64,000 bases of DNA from Octopus vulgaris (Eukaryota), in the NCBI GenBank assembly GCA_951406725.2, contig OX597822.1, positions 26,102,001 through 26,166,000 of the forward strand, written 5' to 3'. Positions 24,601 to 35,742 of this stretch are shown here, piece after piece. Below the pieces are notes generated by a model. The model saw only the letters and a list, made by a program, of their open reading frames with translations, was not told the origin of the DNA and made no database searches. The translations under genes and the position numbers were made by a program. Position 1 is the stretch's first letter. Each line of letters starts with the position of its first letter.

Positions 24601-24891
24601 AGCCAACCTTATTCACAATATATATACTTATCGAAGCTACTGTCAACGCTGATCTCGTAAGGCGAAAAAAAATGAGTTTTAAATCTCTTATAAACCAGCT
24701 AGAAAAGACGTTTCCCTTGCGTTAAAAAGTAATAACAAAGCTCTATTAAGGACTGCCACGTTATATTAGCTAATACTTTACTATTCAGTATTGTTACTAC
24801 ATAGGTTTCAGTCAGAGACTTAAAACTAGTTTTATATATAAATATATGTGTGTGTGTGTGTGTGTGTACGTATGCATATATATACGTATGG

Positions 24892-24957
<66 letters not shown>

Positions 24958-25024
24958 TTTATGTTTTTATTTTATTTTATCTAGTTTCAGCTCACGAGCG
25001 GTGGCCATGCCGGGGCACCGCCAT

Positions 25025-25091
<67 letters not shown>

Positions 25092-25106
25092 ATATATATG
25101 TATATG

Positions 25107-25151
<45 letters not shown>

Positions 25152-25641
25152 ACATATATATGTATACATATATGTATACATATATATATATACATATATA
25201 TATGTATACATATATATACATATATATAAGTATATATATATATGTATACATATATATATACATATATATAAGTATACATATATATGTATACATATATATA
25301 TAATTAATTAATAAGGGTGAGAGAATTAGATACTAATTTAATAGTATATTTATTCCACACCAAGTGGCCTAGTGCTTCGAGAAACCTGGATTATTATAAT
25401 ATTTTATAACATATTATAATATTTTTACAAAATAAATATAAGAGAGTGGTCACTATATTGCTCACCCTAGCACTAGTTAATCCAAAAGGTTTCAACCACG
25501 AAAATACATGCTTACCATGAAAGTCGTACTGACTTTCATGGTAAGCATGTATTTTCGTGGTTGAAACCTTTTGGATTAACTAGTGCTAGGGTGAGCAATA
25601 TAGTGACCACTCTCTTATATTTATTTTATACATATATATAT

Positions 25642-25690
<49 letters not shown>

Positions 25691-25755
25691 TATACTATAC
25701 ATATATATATATACATATACATACATATATATACATATATATATGCATATATATA

Positions 25756-25802
<47 letters not shown>

Positions 25803-25840
25803 ATATATATACACACACACATATATATTTCATTCATATA

Positions 25841-25907
<67 letters not shown>

Positions 25908-26252
25908 AGAAGAAAACACACTCCAAAAACCTTCGGAATTACAGTATGTCGTTTCTATATTGTATGTGTCCTCCGTTTTCTATGGGTGATTGGTTGTGTA
26001 ACGTATATCGACAACATTACCATATGTTTGTATGTATGTGTGTGGTGTGTACATACGTAACATATGTGATAAAGAGTTAATAGTATGTCACGGTAAGTCT
26101 AGTAAAAGAAAAAAAATCGCAAATAGCGACAGAACAATGGTTATTTATATAAATTTACGTACCGAAGATTTGAAATACGCCCAGTAAATTATAAGATATG
26201 CCAAAAAGCCTCCTGTTATCAGGATGTAAAGTTTTTTTTTACTTTCAGTCAT
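539..26252 (-). CDS. METTL24: METTL24-like methyltransferase, copy A, 3'-partial: join(26163..26252,13547..13611,4574..4702,539..613); remaining exons presumably left of the window
   Basis: Exons 2-4 have the same lengths (65, 129, 75) and phases as copy B. No stop codons; GT-AG introns. Confidence 0.82.
858..1182 (+). mobile_element. tRNA-headed SINE family 1, internally deleted copy. Other copies (approx.): 6345-6735+, 27070-27490+, 31522-31886+, 36395-36775+, 38615-39020+, 42395-42800+, 45300-45480-, 56570-56760+, 56795-57285-, 60139-60497+, 62870-63030-
   Basis: Head GGAGTGGCTGTGTGGTAAG...GGTTCAGTCCC (A/B-box-like), shared body, (GAGTAAAA)n tail. More than 10 copies in the window. Confidence 0.88.
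1767..2277 (-). mobile_element. non-autonomous Helitron, about 0.5 kb
   Basis: 5' TC, 3' hairpin CCCGAGCAACGCCGGG then CTAG, inserted between A and T. Near-identical to 30360-30851. Confidence 0.85.
3135..3500 (+). mobile_element. RTE-type LINE 3' fragment
   Basis: [10 protein letters not shown]..., WYGHV and [10 protein letters not shown] motifs; frameshifted. Confidence 0.75.
3516..3750 (+). mobile_element. SINE family 2. Other copies (approx.): 5452-5868+ (internal tandem duplication), 16744-16975-, 23072-23303+, 23563-23770+, 28116-28460+, 29620-30140- (tandem), 45520-45740-, 46030-46250-, 54225-54455+, 54540-54935-
   Basis: Shared AAGGCGGCGAGCTGGCAGAAACGTTAGC...GTTCAAATTCCGCCGAGGTCGAC...AAAGAAATA. 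Confidence 0.88.
3760..4236 (+). mobile_element. RTE-tail-related repeat family 3, ending in (GAT)n. Other copies (approx.): 32885-33150-, 34295-34525+, 39595-39730-, 40515-40780-, 44400-44670+, 44945-45275-, 46690-46920+, 47930-48085+, 48510-48965+
   Basis: GTGGCACGTAAAAAGCACC units, then GGAAGGGCATCCAGCTGTAGAAAC...CCAACCCATGC.AGCATGGAAAAC.GACGTTAAA and a (GAT)n tail. Confidence 0.8.
4574..4702 (-). CDS. METTL24: copy A exon 3 ([43 protein letters not shown])
   Basis: AG acceptor, GTAAAT donor, 129 nt. Family motifs present. Confidence 0.92.
6740..7240 (-). mobile_element. R4/Dong-like non-LTR retrotransposon, restriction-like endonuclease end; short inverted copy at 6245-6340 (+)
   Basis: NKNCKILWD...RKPDI...IIGALG...[10 protein letters not shown] motifs; (TTA)n tracts nearby. 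Confidence 0.7.
7248..8434 (+). mobile_element. probable non-autonomous Helitron
   Basis: 3' hairpin CCCGGGCAAGGCCGGG...CTAGT at about 8408-8435. The 5' end (TC..TCTATAAAAG, about 7248) is tentative. Confidence 0.45.
9675..10975 (-). pseudogene. Tx1/L1-clade LINE ORF1 (gag-like, zinc knuckle), 5'-truncated and disrupted
   Basis: [11 protein letters not shown] followed by degenerate [18 protein letters not shown]; acidic/basic tail; several frameshifts and stops. Confidence 0.75.
11155..12392 (+). mobile_element. internally deleted Tx1/L1-clade LINE (5' leader fused to ORF2 C-terminus with zf-RVT, plus 3' UTR)
   Basis: [31 protein letters not shown] zf-RVT motif; AATAAA at 12385; 20-bp flanking duplication at 11135-11154 and 12394-12413. 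Confidence 0.8.
12423..12469 (+). ncRNA. hammerhead-ribozyme-like motif (variant core); inverted copy at 9423-9469 (-)
   Basis: TCTAGA-CCGATGA-TGGA gaaaga TCCT-GAAAC atgcgt GTC-TGTAGA. Type I layout with CCGAUGA instead of CUGAUGA. Confidence 0.45.
13547..13611 (-). CDS. METTL24: copy A exon 2 ([21 protein letters not shown])
   Basis: TTTAG acceptor, GTAATA donor, 65 nt. Confidence 0.85.
13685..14143 (+). mobile_element. Helitron remnant with RepHel coding fragment and 3' terminus
   Basis: 13729-13820 translates [27 protein letters not shown], matching the Helitron-like N-terminal motif FK.QGQ.YH.IGSLLP. Hairpin plus CTAGT at 14116-14144. Confidence 0.7.
14228..16108 (-). mobile_element. 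RTE/BovB-like LINE, 5'-truncated, RT domain plus C-terminal C2H2 fingers, frameshifted
   Basis: [55 protein letters not shown] motifs. Confidence 0.92.
17620..17835 (+). mobile_element. Penelope-like terminal remnant with minimal hammerhead-like motif; related copy at 21690-21820 (-)
   Basis: TCTTT-CTGTTGA-A-GAGCgtagGCTC-GAAACGTT-AAAGA at 17695-17732, embedded in (TA)n. Confidence 0.5.
17985..18785 (-). mobile_element. CR1/jockey-group LINE 3' fragment
   Basis: DLGVILD...WFLRTF...[18 protein letters not shown] motifs. Confidence 0.8.
19480..21110 (+). mobile_element. CR1/jockey-group LINE, RT domain to 3' end, degenerate
   Basis: [50 protein letters not shown] motifs. Confidence 0.92.
21120..21530 (-). 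mobile_element. short RTE-related non-autonomous element
   Basis: AAATCCGGAGTGGAGCCCC leader motif and CCATTG..CGAGAC..GGATGCCAAC tail, both recalled as RTE-like; sits in (TA)n. Confidence 0.5.
22108..22661 (+). mobile_element. non-autonomous element sharing the 3' tail of the RTE LINE at 14228-16108
   Basis: TTAAGCTTCGTGCAATGGCCATACTCGATAACGAGGGG(G)CAGCC is present in both; sits in (TATG)n. Confidence 0.75.
23072..23303 (+). mobile_element. SINE family 2, full-length with TSD
   Basis: Flanked by direct repeat ATAATTTAATCTGTTGTA (23054-23071, 23304-23321). No such SINE in the homologous intron segment of copy B (about 50740). Confidence 0.9.
23775..24190 (+). mobile_element. CRE-like non-LTR retrotransposon, endonuclease/C-terminal fragment
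   Basis: VPW...C..(W)D.T....FAP, LEAFG..G..T..FL..LA.RL, NAASML pattern. Confidence 0.6.
24405..24775. mobile_element. MITE with about 30-bp terminal inverted repeats, TA-flanked
   Basis: TATTAGCCAACATAACGTGGCAGTCCTGAATAG versus its near reverse complement at 24743-24775. Confidence 0.8.
25429..25627. repeat. perfect 97-bp inverted repeat with 5-nt loop
   Basis: 25429-25525 is the reverse complement of 25531-25627; loop GTACT. Confidence 0.95.
26163..26252 (-). CDS. METTL24: copy A exon 1 ([30 protein letters not shown]), signal anchor
   Basis: ATG at 26252, 30 codons, donor GTACGT. Homologous to 51588-51692. Confidence 0.72.
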
Positions 26253-27283
26253 TTCGAGTGCAAGTCACTACTAATAATATTCAAATGCTGGTTTACGATA
26301 AATTATCGAACAGCATGGGCTGCTTATCTTTGCCGATAAATTAGAGAGGTGGGAATAATTTATTAACTTACTGCTAACAAGTTTGAGTTATTTATATCTC
26401 CATTATTCCACTTCACATTTTTTTCTTTTTTTAATGAGATTTAAAATTATTTTACGGTTGCTTTCGTAAATATTTTGGTTTCCGGCTCTACTAAAGTGTG
26501 TTAATAGGTGATGACTACGTTGAAAAGTAAGATATTAAAATAAAGACGTGTATTGATTGATTCCAAGTTTTATTTATCTATTTTTCTCCATCGAATGATA
26601 TCTAAAAGGTTAAGTATATTAGAAAATTATAACTTCAAATGATTTGTTTAATTTTCTTCGTATATTTGTCCTTATTTTCTTCATGTATTTTTCTATAACT
26701 ATTCCATTTCTATTTAAGTTGCTTATAAGAAAAAATGCTGTAATATTTAAAAGAGGCATAATTTGGGATATGGAAACAGCCCACTAAATGATCTCATTTC
26801 TATACAGGTATTATTTCATTTCACTTGGAAAGACGGTCAAGTCGACCCCGAGAACATATGAATTTTCTAGTGGGTGTAAAGGGACATAACTTTAAGTTAC
26901 AAAATAACTATAATTCTACCTTATCGGAGTTGTCGTTCATGCTTGTGTACTAACTGCTTGGAATAACCACAGTTGATCGAAGCTTATCAACTCATTGTAT
27001 CAACTGACCCTACAAGCTATTACTTATTGTATTCATTTCTAATATGTGATGCCAGCCATTAAAAGTAGGTAGCTGTGTAATAAAAAGTTTCCTTCCCAAA
27101 TACATAGTTTCGTATTCAGTCCCACCGTGTGGCATCTTGGGCATGTGTCTTCTACCATAATCTCGGGTCGACCAAAGCCTTATACATGGATTTGATTGAC
27201 GGAAACTGAAAGAAGCCCGTCGTATATATGCATACGTATATATCTATTTGTGTGCACGCCTTTGTGTCTGTGTTGTTCAAACA

Positions 27284-27320
<37 letters not shown>

Positions 27321-28642
27321 CGCTTAATAACTGATGTTGGTATGTTTACGTTCCTGAAACTTAGCAATTCGGCAAAAGAGATCGATAGAATAAAATAAGT
27401 CCTGGGGCCGATTTGTTCGGCCAAAACCCTTCAAAGCGGTACCACAGCATGGCTGCCATCAAATGACTGAAAAAAGTAAAAGATGAAAGATATTATTTTA
27501 GCTTTCTCTCTCTCCCTCACTTTCTTTCTCCTTAATGACCACCAGCAAGATTTCCATAAAACCAGATTCTCTGGTGATCAATTCCTCTGTCACCCACCAT
27601 TGGATTCTTGCTTTTGGAAGATGTTGGTGATATTGTCACCCGCATCTGAAATTTGAATCACAAATCAAAACTTCTATGGCCTCCTCCCGTCTTTCATCTC
27701 TTGAACCAGTGGCTTCCCATTAGATCGCGTTATTTTTATTTAAAGCAATATCCGTGACGCGTTACGTCCTCCGAGGCTGGTAAAAAGAAGAGGAAAAGAT
27801 TATACCAACCAATTTTCTCTGAAAACTTGTTCAGATATGAGGAAATATCACTTAGCTTGGTAACAGATGACAAGAAGGGTATTCGAGTGTAGAAAAACCA
27901 GCCTTAACAAATTCTGTCTGATCTATGAAAAAAATGGAAAAATGGACGTTAAAAAGATTAAAATGCTTGTATCCGCCAACCGAATTAGCCTTTATTTTGG
28001 GCCGAAAGGTTATGAGCTTTTCATGATAATTTGGGATTTGTGGATGGTAAAGAAATAAGTACAATGTGACTTGCAAGAAAGGCAATATTTAAATGAAATG
28101 AAATAAAATAAAATAGGGCGGCGAGCTGGCAGAGTCGTTAGCACGCCGGGCGAAATGCTTAGCGGTATTTCGTCGGCCGTTACGTTCTGAGTTCAAATTC
28201 CGCCGAGGTCAACTTTGCCTTTCATCCTTTCGGGGTCGATTAAATAAGTACCAGTTAAGCACTGGGGTTGATATATTCGACTTAATCCGTTTGTCTGTCC
28301 TTGTTTGTCCTCTCTGTGTTTAGCCCCTTGTGGGTAGTAAAGAAATAGAAATAGGTATTTCGTCTGTCTTTATGTTCTGAGTTGCCTTTCATCCTTTTGG
28401 GGTCGACAGATTAACTACCAGTTACGTAGTAGGGTCGAGCTAATCGATTGGCTCCTCCCCAAATATATATATATTGTCCACAGGCTGCTAAACATAAAGG
28501 AAACAAAGGGATTAAATCGATTACGTCGACCCCAGTGCGTAACTGGTACTTATTTAATCGACTTCGCGCTAACGATTCTGCCATATGGCAAATGAAAGAC
28601 GGAGAACGCTGGAATGATATACATACCAAATCAAATACAAAA

Positions 28643-28680
<38 letters not shown>

Positions 28681-28885
28681 GTTTGTATTTGATTTGGTTT
28701 GCAAGATTCTATATGTGAATTCATGTGTTGAAGCATATTTTATTGTCTGGGGAGAGTCATTCTGTTTCAAAAGCTTATTAATTAAAACACTCACCGGTTC
28801 GGTTCCCACTAATTTACTTTTTTTTTTTTTTGTACTTGTTTCAGTCATTTGACTGCGGCCATGCTGGAGCACCGCCTTTTAGAGT

Positions 28886-29048
28886 GGTGAAAGAGTACAG
28901 CAGGGATCACCACGTCCTGCCGGAGCCTCGTGGAGCTTTTAGGTGTTTTTCGCTCAATAAACACACACAACGCCCGGTCTGGGAATCGAAACCGCGATCC
29001 TCCGACCGCAAGTCCGCTGCCCTAACCACTAGGCCATTGCGCCTCCAC
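28886..29048 (-). mobile_element. tRNA-derived SINE head (family 4)
   Basis: GGCGCAATGGCCTAGTGGTTAGGGCAGCGGACT...GGTTTCGATTCCC followed by SINE body. Confidence 0.75.
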
Positions 29049-30136
29049 TTATTTATTTTTTCTAAATTTTTCGTTGCTTCTTGCAACCTCTTCAATAGTC
29101 GTTGACTATATATATATAGTTTCACTTAGGGTGTTAGTTGGTGTCGCCTCTTCTTGTTCTAATCACGTCGGCTTCTGATTAAAGCGTTCTAAACATGATA
29201 ATCCCATTCTATTTTAGAGAAATAATTATTTATGGCATTATCCACCACCACTTTCCAATTTCAAGATTTCATAATGTGGTTTAAGGTGAAATTAGGAATG
29301 ATGATGATAAGTTCTTCCAAATGAGTTCTTTTGTGGAGAATGCGGTATAAGCGTTGAAGTAGCACGCAAAATTGGCCGAGTATTGAGCAGACACGTGTAC
29401 CGTAACATATGCTGAACTTTTGAATTACAAGGACAGTCCATTTGACGGGTTTCTATTTAGCTTTTCTCTGCTCGATTTCCCTCACAAGGTTTAGGTCAAC
29501 GCAAAGATCTTAAGATGTTATGCAGTGAGACCGTAACCAGGACTTTATGGTTGGTAAGCGAATTTCTTGACCACTCAATCAAATATAAACCAAAAAGAAA
29601 AGAATTAATTTAAATATTATTTGTTTATTTCGCACAGGGGGGGGGGGCTAAAGATAGAGGGGACAAACAAAGAGATTAAGTCGATTACATCGACCCTAGT
29701 GCATAATTGGTATTCATTTAATTGACCCCCGAAAGGATGAAAGGCAAAGTCGACCTCGGCAGAATTTGAACTCACAACGTAACGGCAGACGAAATACCTA
29801 TTTCTTTACTACTCACAAGGGGCTAATACAAAGAAGACAAACGGATTAAGTCGATTACATCGACCCCAGTGCGTAACTGGTACTTAATTTTTATCGATCC
29901 CGAAAGGATGAAAGGCAAAGTCGACCTCGGCGGAATTTGAACTCACAACGTAACACCAGACGAAATACCTATTTCTTTACTACTCACAAGGGGCTAAACA
30001 CAGAGTGGACAAACAAACAGATTAAGTCGATTATATATATTATTATATATTTATATTATTACTTATTTAATCGACCCCGAAAGGATGAAAGGCAAAATCG
30101 ACCTCGGCGGAATTTGAATTCAGAACGTAGCGGCAG

Positions 30137-30193
<57 letters not shown>

Positions 30194-30359
30194 ATTATTA
30201 TTATTATTATTGTTTTATATATATATATATATATATGAACTGCTCGCTTAGCCAGCGGGGTGGCGTCATTCGAAGGCTAAAAAAAACAATGCGAACGCAT
30301 TGTGACCAGCGATGTGTAACAACATCTGATGGTCTGGTCGGTCACGTGATCACGTGATA

Positions 30360-30851
30360 TCTATATATATAAAACTCTAGTTGTGTGAGTGTCTGTCCCC
30401 TTCGATTTAGATTCCTAACTCCTCCCACATTTTGCGGTGCAGTTTAACCAAATTCGGGTATCTTATAGTCGTGATTCATATCGAGCCCGTCTGACTATTA
30501 GCGCGCGTCAACGATGAGTCTACGATTTTAAAAATAATTTAACATCATTTTTTATTCCATTTTAATGCATAAAATGCATCGTATGTCGATGGCGGCGGAG
30601 TTGGCGTCCACGCTCACAGCTGCACCTATTTGCTTCTCCCCCTTCCCTCCCTCGTGAAGCTGTGGGGAAGGGAGTGTAAAGAAATCAACGTCGTAATGCG
30701 TTGTGAAGGAGACCAGCGTTCTTTTTGAAGACACCAAAACAGAAATGGCTAAGAAAGCCCGAATTGGCATCTATAAGGGAAGTAACTCTCTAAAAATGCT
30801 TATATAGTTATTTCCCTTACAAACCCGAGCAACGCCGGGCGATACTGCTAG
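30360..30851 (+). mobile_element. non-autonomous Helitron, same family as 1767-2277
   Basis: A|TCTATATATATAAAAC...CCCGAGCAACGCCGGGCGATACTGCTAG|T. Confidence 0.87.
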
Positions 30852-31068
30852 TATATATATATATATATAGGTTATAAAATGAGATAGGGGTTGAAAATTC
30901 AACCCACCATGGGATAATATATATCCAATATACTGCTAGATAGGTACCCAACAAGACTAATACATAGATGTTAAAAATTGCCAAACAATCAGTTCATCTA
31001 TTGTGGGTATCATCTGATAGTTGATGTTTTATTGATTTAAGTATGTTTCTCCATTTTCTAATTTTGTA

Positions 31069-31155
<87 letters not shown>

Positions 31156-31927
31156 CACATATATATATGTATGGGAGACAACTTCCTGTTACCAAAATAC
31201 AGTTACTTAGCTTGATCGTATAATTCGCTTATTATTTGCCATATTAACGATTTCCTTTTTTTTTTCTTTTTCATATGCATTTGTATTTAAACAATATATT
31301 TTAAATTTAGTTCCCAATAGCACTTAAAGAATATCATGAACTTAATAGGAGCATAAGTATTACTACTAGGCTGTTCGGAAAATTATGGCCGATTTTAAAA
31401 ATAAGCTTATTTTATTTCGTCTTCTCCCATCACCATCACCATCATTCATACCATCAATGTCTACGTCCAGCCCGCAAAGCTACATCTATGTACTGCCTTC
31501 ATGGCAAATTTAATGAATAAAAGTAGCTTGCTAACCAACCACATGGTTCCGGGTTCAGTCCCACTGCGTGGCATCTTGGGCAAGTGTCTTCTGCTATAGC
31601 CCCAGGCCAACCAATGCCTTCTGAGTGGATTTGGTAGACGGAAACTGAAAGAAGCCTGTCGTATATATGTATGTGTGTGTTTGTGTTTGTCCCCCTAGCA
31701 TTGCTTGACAACCGATGCTGGTGTGTTTATGTCCATGTCACTTAGCGGTTCAGCAAAAAAGACGGATAGAATAAGTACTGGGCTTACAAAGAATAAGTCC
31801 CGGGGTTGATTTGCTCGACTAAAGGCGGTGCTCCAGCATGGCCACAGTCAAATGACTGAAACAAGTAAAAGAGAGTAAAAAGAGAGTATGTATGTATGTG
31901 TACATGTTTATTAGTACTTATGTGTAT

Positions 31928-32885
31928 ATGAGGGTGGGTTGAAAAGTTCACAACTTAACTATGAAGGAGTGATGCTAGAGCTGTGAAATCTCACATGTTT
32001 TATTTTGAAATTTTCTTATTAATAACTACATTGTTTCTTTCCGGGTAAACTAACATCTCACTGTTCAAAGAAGACTCCAAATGTAACCAGTAATGACTTC
32101 TCTTGAAAACAAACAAAATCTAGCATTGTGTTGTTATCATTTACCTGCAGAAAAAGGGTCTAGTCCCCAAATACATTGATGCTGACAGTGAAAAATTGGG
32201 CAGCTGAATTTAAGAAGAGAAGGGAAAGTTTTGAAGATCACCCAAAGCCTGAACATCCCCTAGCTGCCACTACTAAGGAAAATATTGATCATGATCACCA
32301 CATGGTGGTGGATGACAGGTGACTATAAATCAAATAGCCAATGATATTAGCATATCCCATGGGAGAGTTGTGCACAATGAACTTGGAATGACAAAGATTT
32401 CTACTTGGTGGGTACTATGTCTTCTGACACCTGATCAAGCTGATCCCATTCCCAGAAAAATCTGATGTTGTTTGAGGTAGATCCAGTTGGTTTCATTGAA
32501 TGTTTTCTACCCCAGGATGAGTATTGCGTTCATCACATTGAACCAGAAATAAAGAGATAACCCATGCAATGGAATCATCCTTCACCTACTGCAAAGAAAA
32601 CTAAGGTCATTTCATCTGTAAAGAACTTGATGGCATCAGTTTTCTGGGATGCAAAAAGCAGTTTTAATTCACAATCTTCAAAAGGAGAGTACTACACCAA
32701 CTTGCTGAGGCAGTTATGAAAGACTATCAAGATCAAATACCCAGAAAAACTAACAAAAGGTGTCTTGTTTCTTCAGGACAATGCTCCAGCATACAAGCCC
32801 TTGGTTTCAATGGCTACTGTGATTGACTGTGGCTTTGAACTGGTTGATCACCCTTCCTATTCTCCTGATTAGGCCTCATCTAACT
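31928..32885 (+). mobile_element. degenerate mariner transposon
   Basis: TA + TGAGGGTGGGTTGAAAAGTTC end; WV..LLT, QDNAP, HPSYSPD motifs; many stops. Confidence 0.85.
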
Positions 32886-33289
32886 ACCATCATCATTATT
32901 TAATGTCTATTTTCCATGCTGGCATGGGTTGGATGGTTTGACTGAGGACTAGCAAGCCAGCAGGCTGCACCAAGCCCCAATCTGATCTGGCAAGGTTTCT
33001 ACAGCTGGATGCCCTTCCTAATGCCAACCATTCCAAGAGTGTAATGGGAGCTTTTTACATGCCACTGACACAGGAGCCAGTCAGGTGGCACTGGCATCGA
33101 CCACATTCGGATGGTGCTTTTTACATGCCACTGGCACGGGGATCGATTCATGCTTGAATGGAAGTTGCATATGAGAAAAGTGTACAAGAAAACAAAAGCA
33201 AACCAGAAACTTTGACAAAATTATATTATGGTTGCTGGTACATGGACTTCCCTCTCAACTCCCAACTGTCAAAGTGGTGACCATCATAG

Positions 33290-34975
33290 TAAAGGGAGCT
33301 ATAATAAAAAAGTAAACTTGAGAAGACATTATTGTAACACCTTCAAGTGGTATGTGTGTGGTTGCACCCCACCACTGAGCTAAGCACAGTGTATATGCTG
33401 ATAACATTGGAAATGGACTTAACAGTCAGAGACGATTATGAGTCTGTGACTAACATGGTATAGCATAAAGCAGTATGAATGTCTTTTTTTGTTTTTTTTA
33501 ACATAACCAGATCAAGTAAAACAGAAGATAAAGATCCAGGAAAGGAAAAGAACATTTGGCCATTACTGTATTCCTGTCACCAGACTTTTACCAGAGAGAA
33601 ACAAGTTACATCAAACAATATTTGTTAGAGGAATTACCAACAAAAGCAGATCAGAAAAATTAAAGATTGCAACAAAGTTACTAAGAGAATTTATCCATCT
33701 CAGTGGTAAAAAGTTATAAGACTTAGTTAAGGATGCTGGTATCAAAAGGTGTGAAGTTAATGAAGATTTTACAACTTTCTAATTCATGTGAAATTTGCAT
33801 CCAACACAAGAAGACTGGATCCAAATCTGTTGTTGGATTTTCACTGGGAATATATTTAATAAAACCAATGCCATGGATATCATAGAAATCAAAGGCAATA
33901 AGGTGCTACACCTCATAGACCATAGAACTAGATATAATATAGGTGTCAAGTTTCATAGCATGGAAAGTTCTCATTCTTCGTGCAAATTTCAAACACAAGA
34001 TATTTTAGAATAGCAAGATCTGTTGTGACTGATAATGGCAGAGTTCGATAACCAGTCATGGCACAAAACTTAGATACTGTCGTATGTGCCACCACTGCTC
34101 AAACTCCAAGAAGCAATGGTTTGAATTAATGACGTGATGTACTGGAAGAAATAATGAAGAAAACAACTGAAGATACAGATTGCTGTTTTGGTGTGGCTCA
34201 AGCATGTGCTGTAAGTGCCAAAACTTCTCTTTACTTGTGTTCAACGGTGTAGTCAAAATAACTTGATTAAGAAATAAATTCCAATCTGCATTTACCGTGC
34301 CAGTGGCATGTAAAAAGCACCAACCGATCGTGGCCATTGCCAGCCTCGCCTGGCACCTGTGCCGGTGGCATATAAAAAGCACCCACTACACTCACGGAGT
34401 GGTTGGTGTTAGGAAGGGCATCCAGCTGTAGAAACACTGCCAGATCAGACTGGGCCTGGTGCAGCCTCCTGGCTTCCTAGTAGAACCGTCCAACCCATGG
34501 AAAACAGACTTTAAACGATGATGATTCTTTTCTAAATGATAAACTTCCTGCACACAAAGTTATTTCTACAGGTGAAGTTATAGCAAGTTATAGCAAAGAA
34601 TGGTCAGAATATTAAACTTGGACAAGATGAATATGTAAAGAAATTAAAATATATCACAATAAAAAATAATAGAAATGGTTGACATGGCAGAAGCATGTAT
34701 ATTTTATAGAAGATTTTTATTAGAATTGCTTCAGTTAGAAAATAATAATGAAAACATAAAATTGCTTAGCAAGACACACAATTCTTGCCTGTTTGATACA
34801 GTACACTAAATTTTAGACAAAAAACTTCACACAGAGATGGCCATCCTGGGAAGAATGACAGGCAAAAAGGAAATTGTAAAGATCTCATGGAGTCCAAAAA
34901 TATACAAATTGTTGACACCTTCACAAAGAAAGTGGTAGCATCTTTTAAAATTCTTGGGTTTATAATAGAATCTAA
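33290..34975 (+). mobile_element. highly degenerate Ty1/copia (GalEa-like) LTR retrotransposon relic
   Basis: Integrase-like FNKTNAMD...LHLIDHRTRY and TDNGREF-like remnant; interrupted by a family 3 repeat. Confidence 0.5.
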
Positions 34976-34990
34976 AGAATCTTCAGTTTA

Positions 34991-35742
34991 CAGGCATACC
35001 TTGGCTTAATTCTTCTCAATTATACATCAGTTTTCAAAAATAAAGTATGGAAAAATAAAAATCAAGTCAAGTCATTTTACGTTTGTCCACCACAAATAGT
35101 GGAATCATAAAATTACTAGAAAACCATTAAAAACACATAAAATCATGTTACTGTACAATAAATAAGAATAAATACGTATTAAAATATGTACAGTAAATGT
35201 TACGATACACACCATAAAGTAGTGTAGCTTAGTGAATGCATCAAAGAACAGCCAGAGTCAAACGTAAATGTTAACGATCTACAGCTATCTACATCCACGA
35301 TGTAAACCACCAAACTGTATGTACATATTGGTAAATTTTAAATAATTTAGTTTTTTTTACTATTGCAAAATAATAATTACTGAATTTGTTTTTTAAGCTT
35401 AAAAAAAGACTTTTATGTTACCATAATTTATTGCAAACCGCATTCATAAAGTGTCTGTGATTTATGGTAAACACTGCCAAATTGTATTCGTAAATTTAGA
35501 TTTCTTTTTTGTTTTACTGTACTGTATTAAAAATTTTTTTAATTATTTGTTTTAAACTTAAAATAGGTCTTTTTTAACCATGTATTATTGAAAATGCATT
35601 AATAAATGAAGTACAGAATTGGGAATGTTTATTATCGATTTAGCCAAGAGACAAGTAAATTCGGCCTAGCCTAGAGACAAGTTAATTCGACTTAAGTCAT
35701 GTCTCCAGGAACTAATTAACGACATAGGGTGAGGTATGCCTG
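34991..35742. mobile_element. pogo/Tigger-like MITE
   Basis: TA|CAGGCATACCT ... AGGTATGCCTG|TA. Confidence 0.7.

Noticed and set aside
28970-29048. tRNA gene
   Set aside because: tRNA-like head runs into a SINE body; no convincing acceptor stem or terminator.
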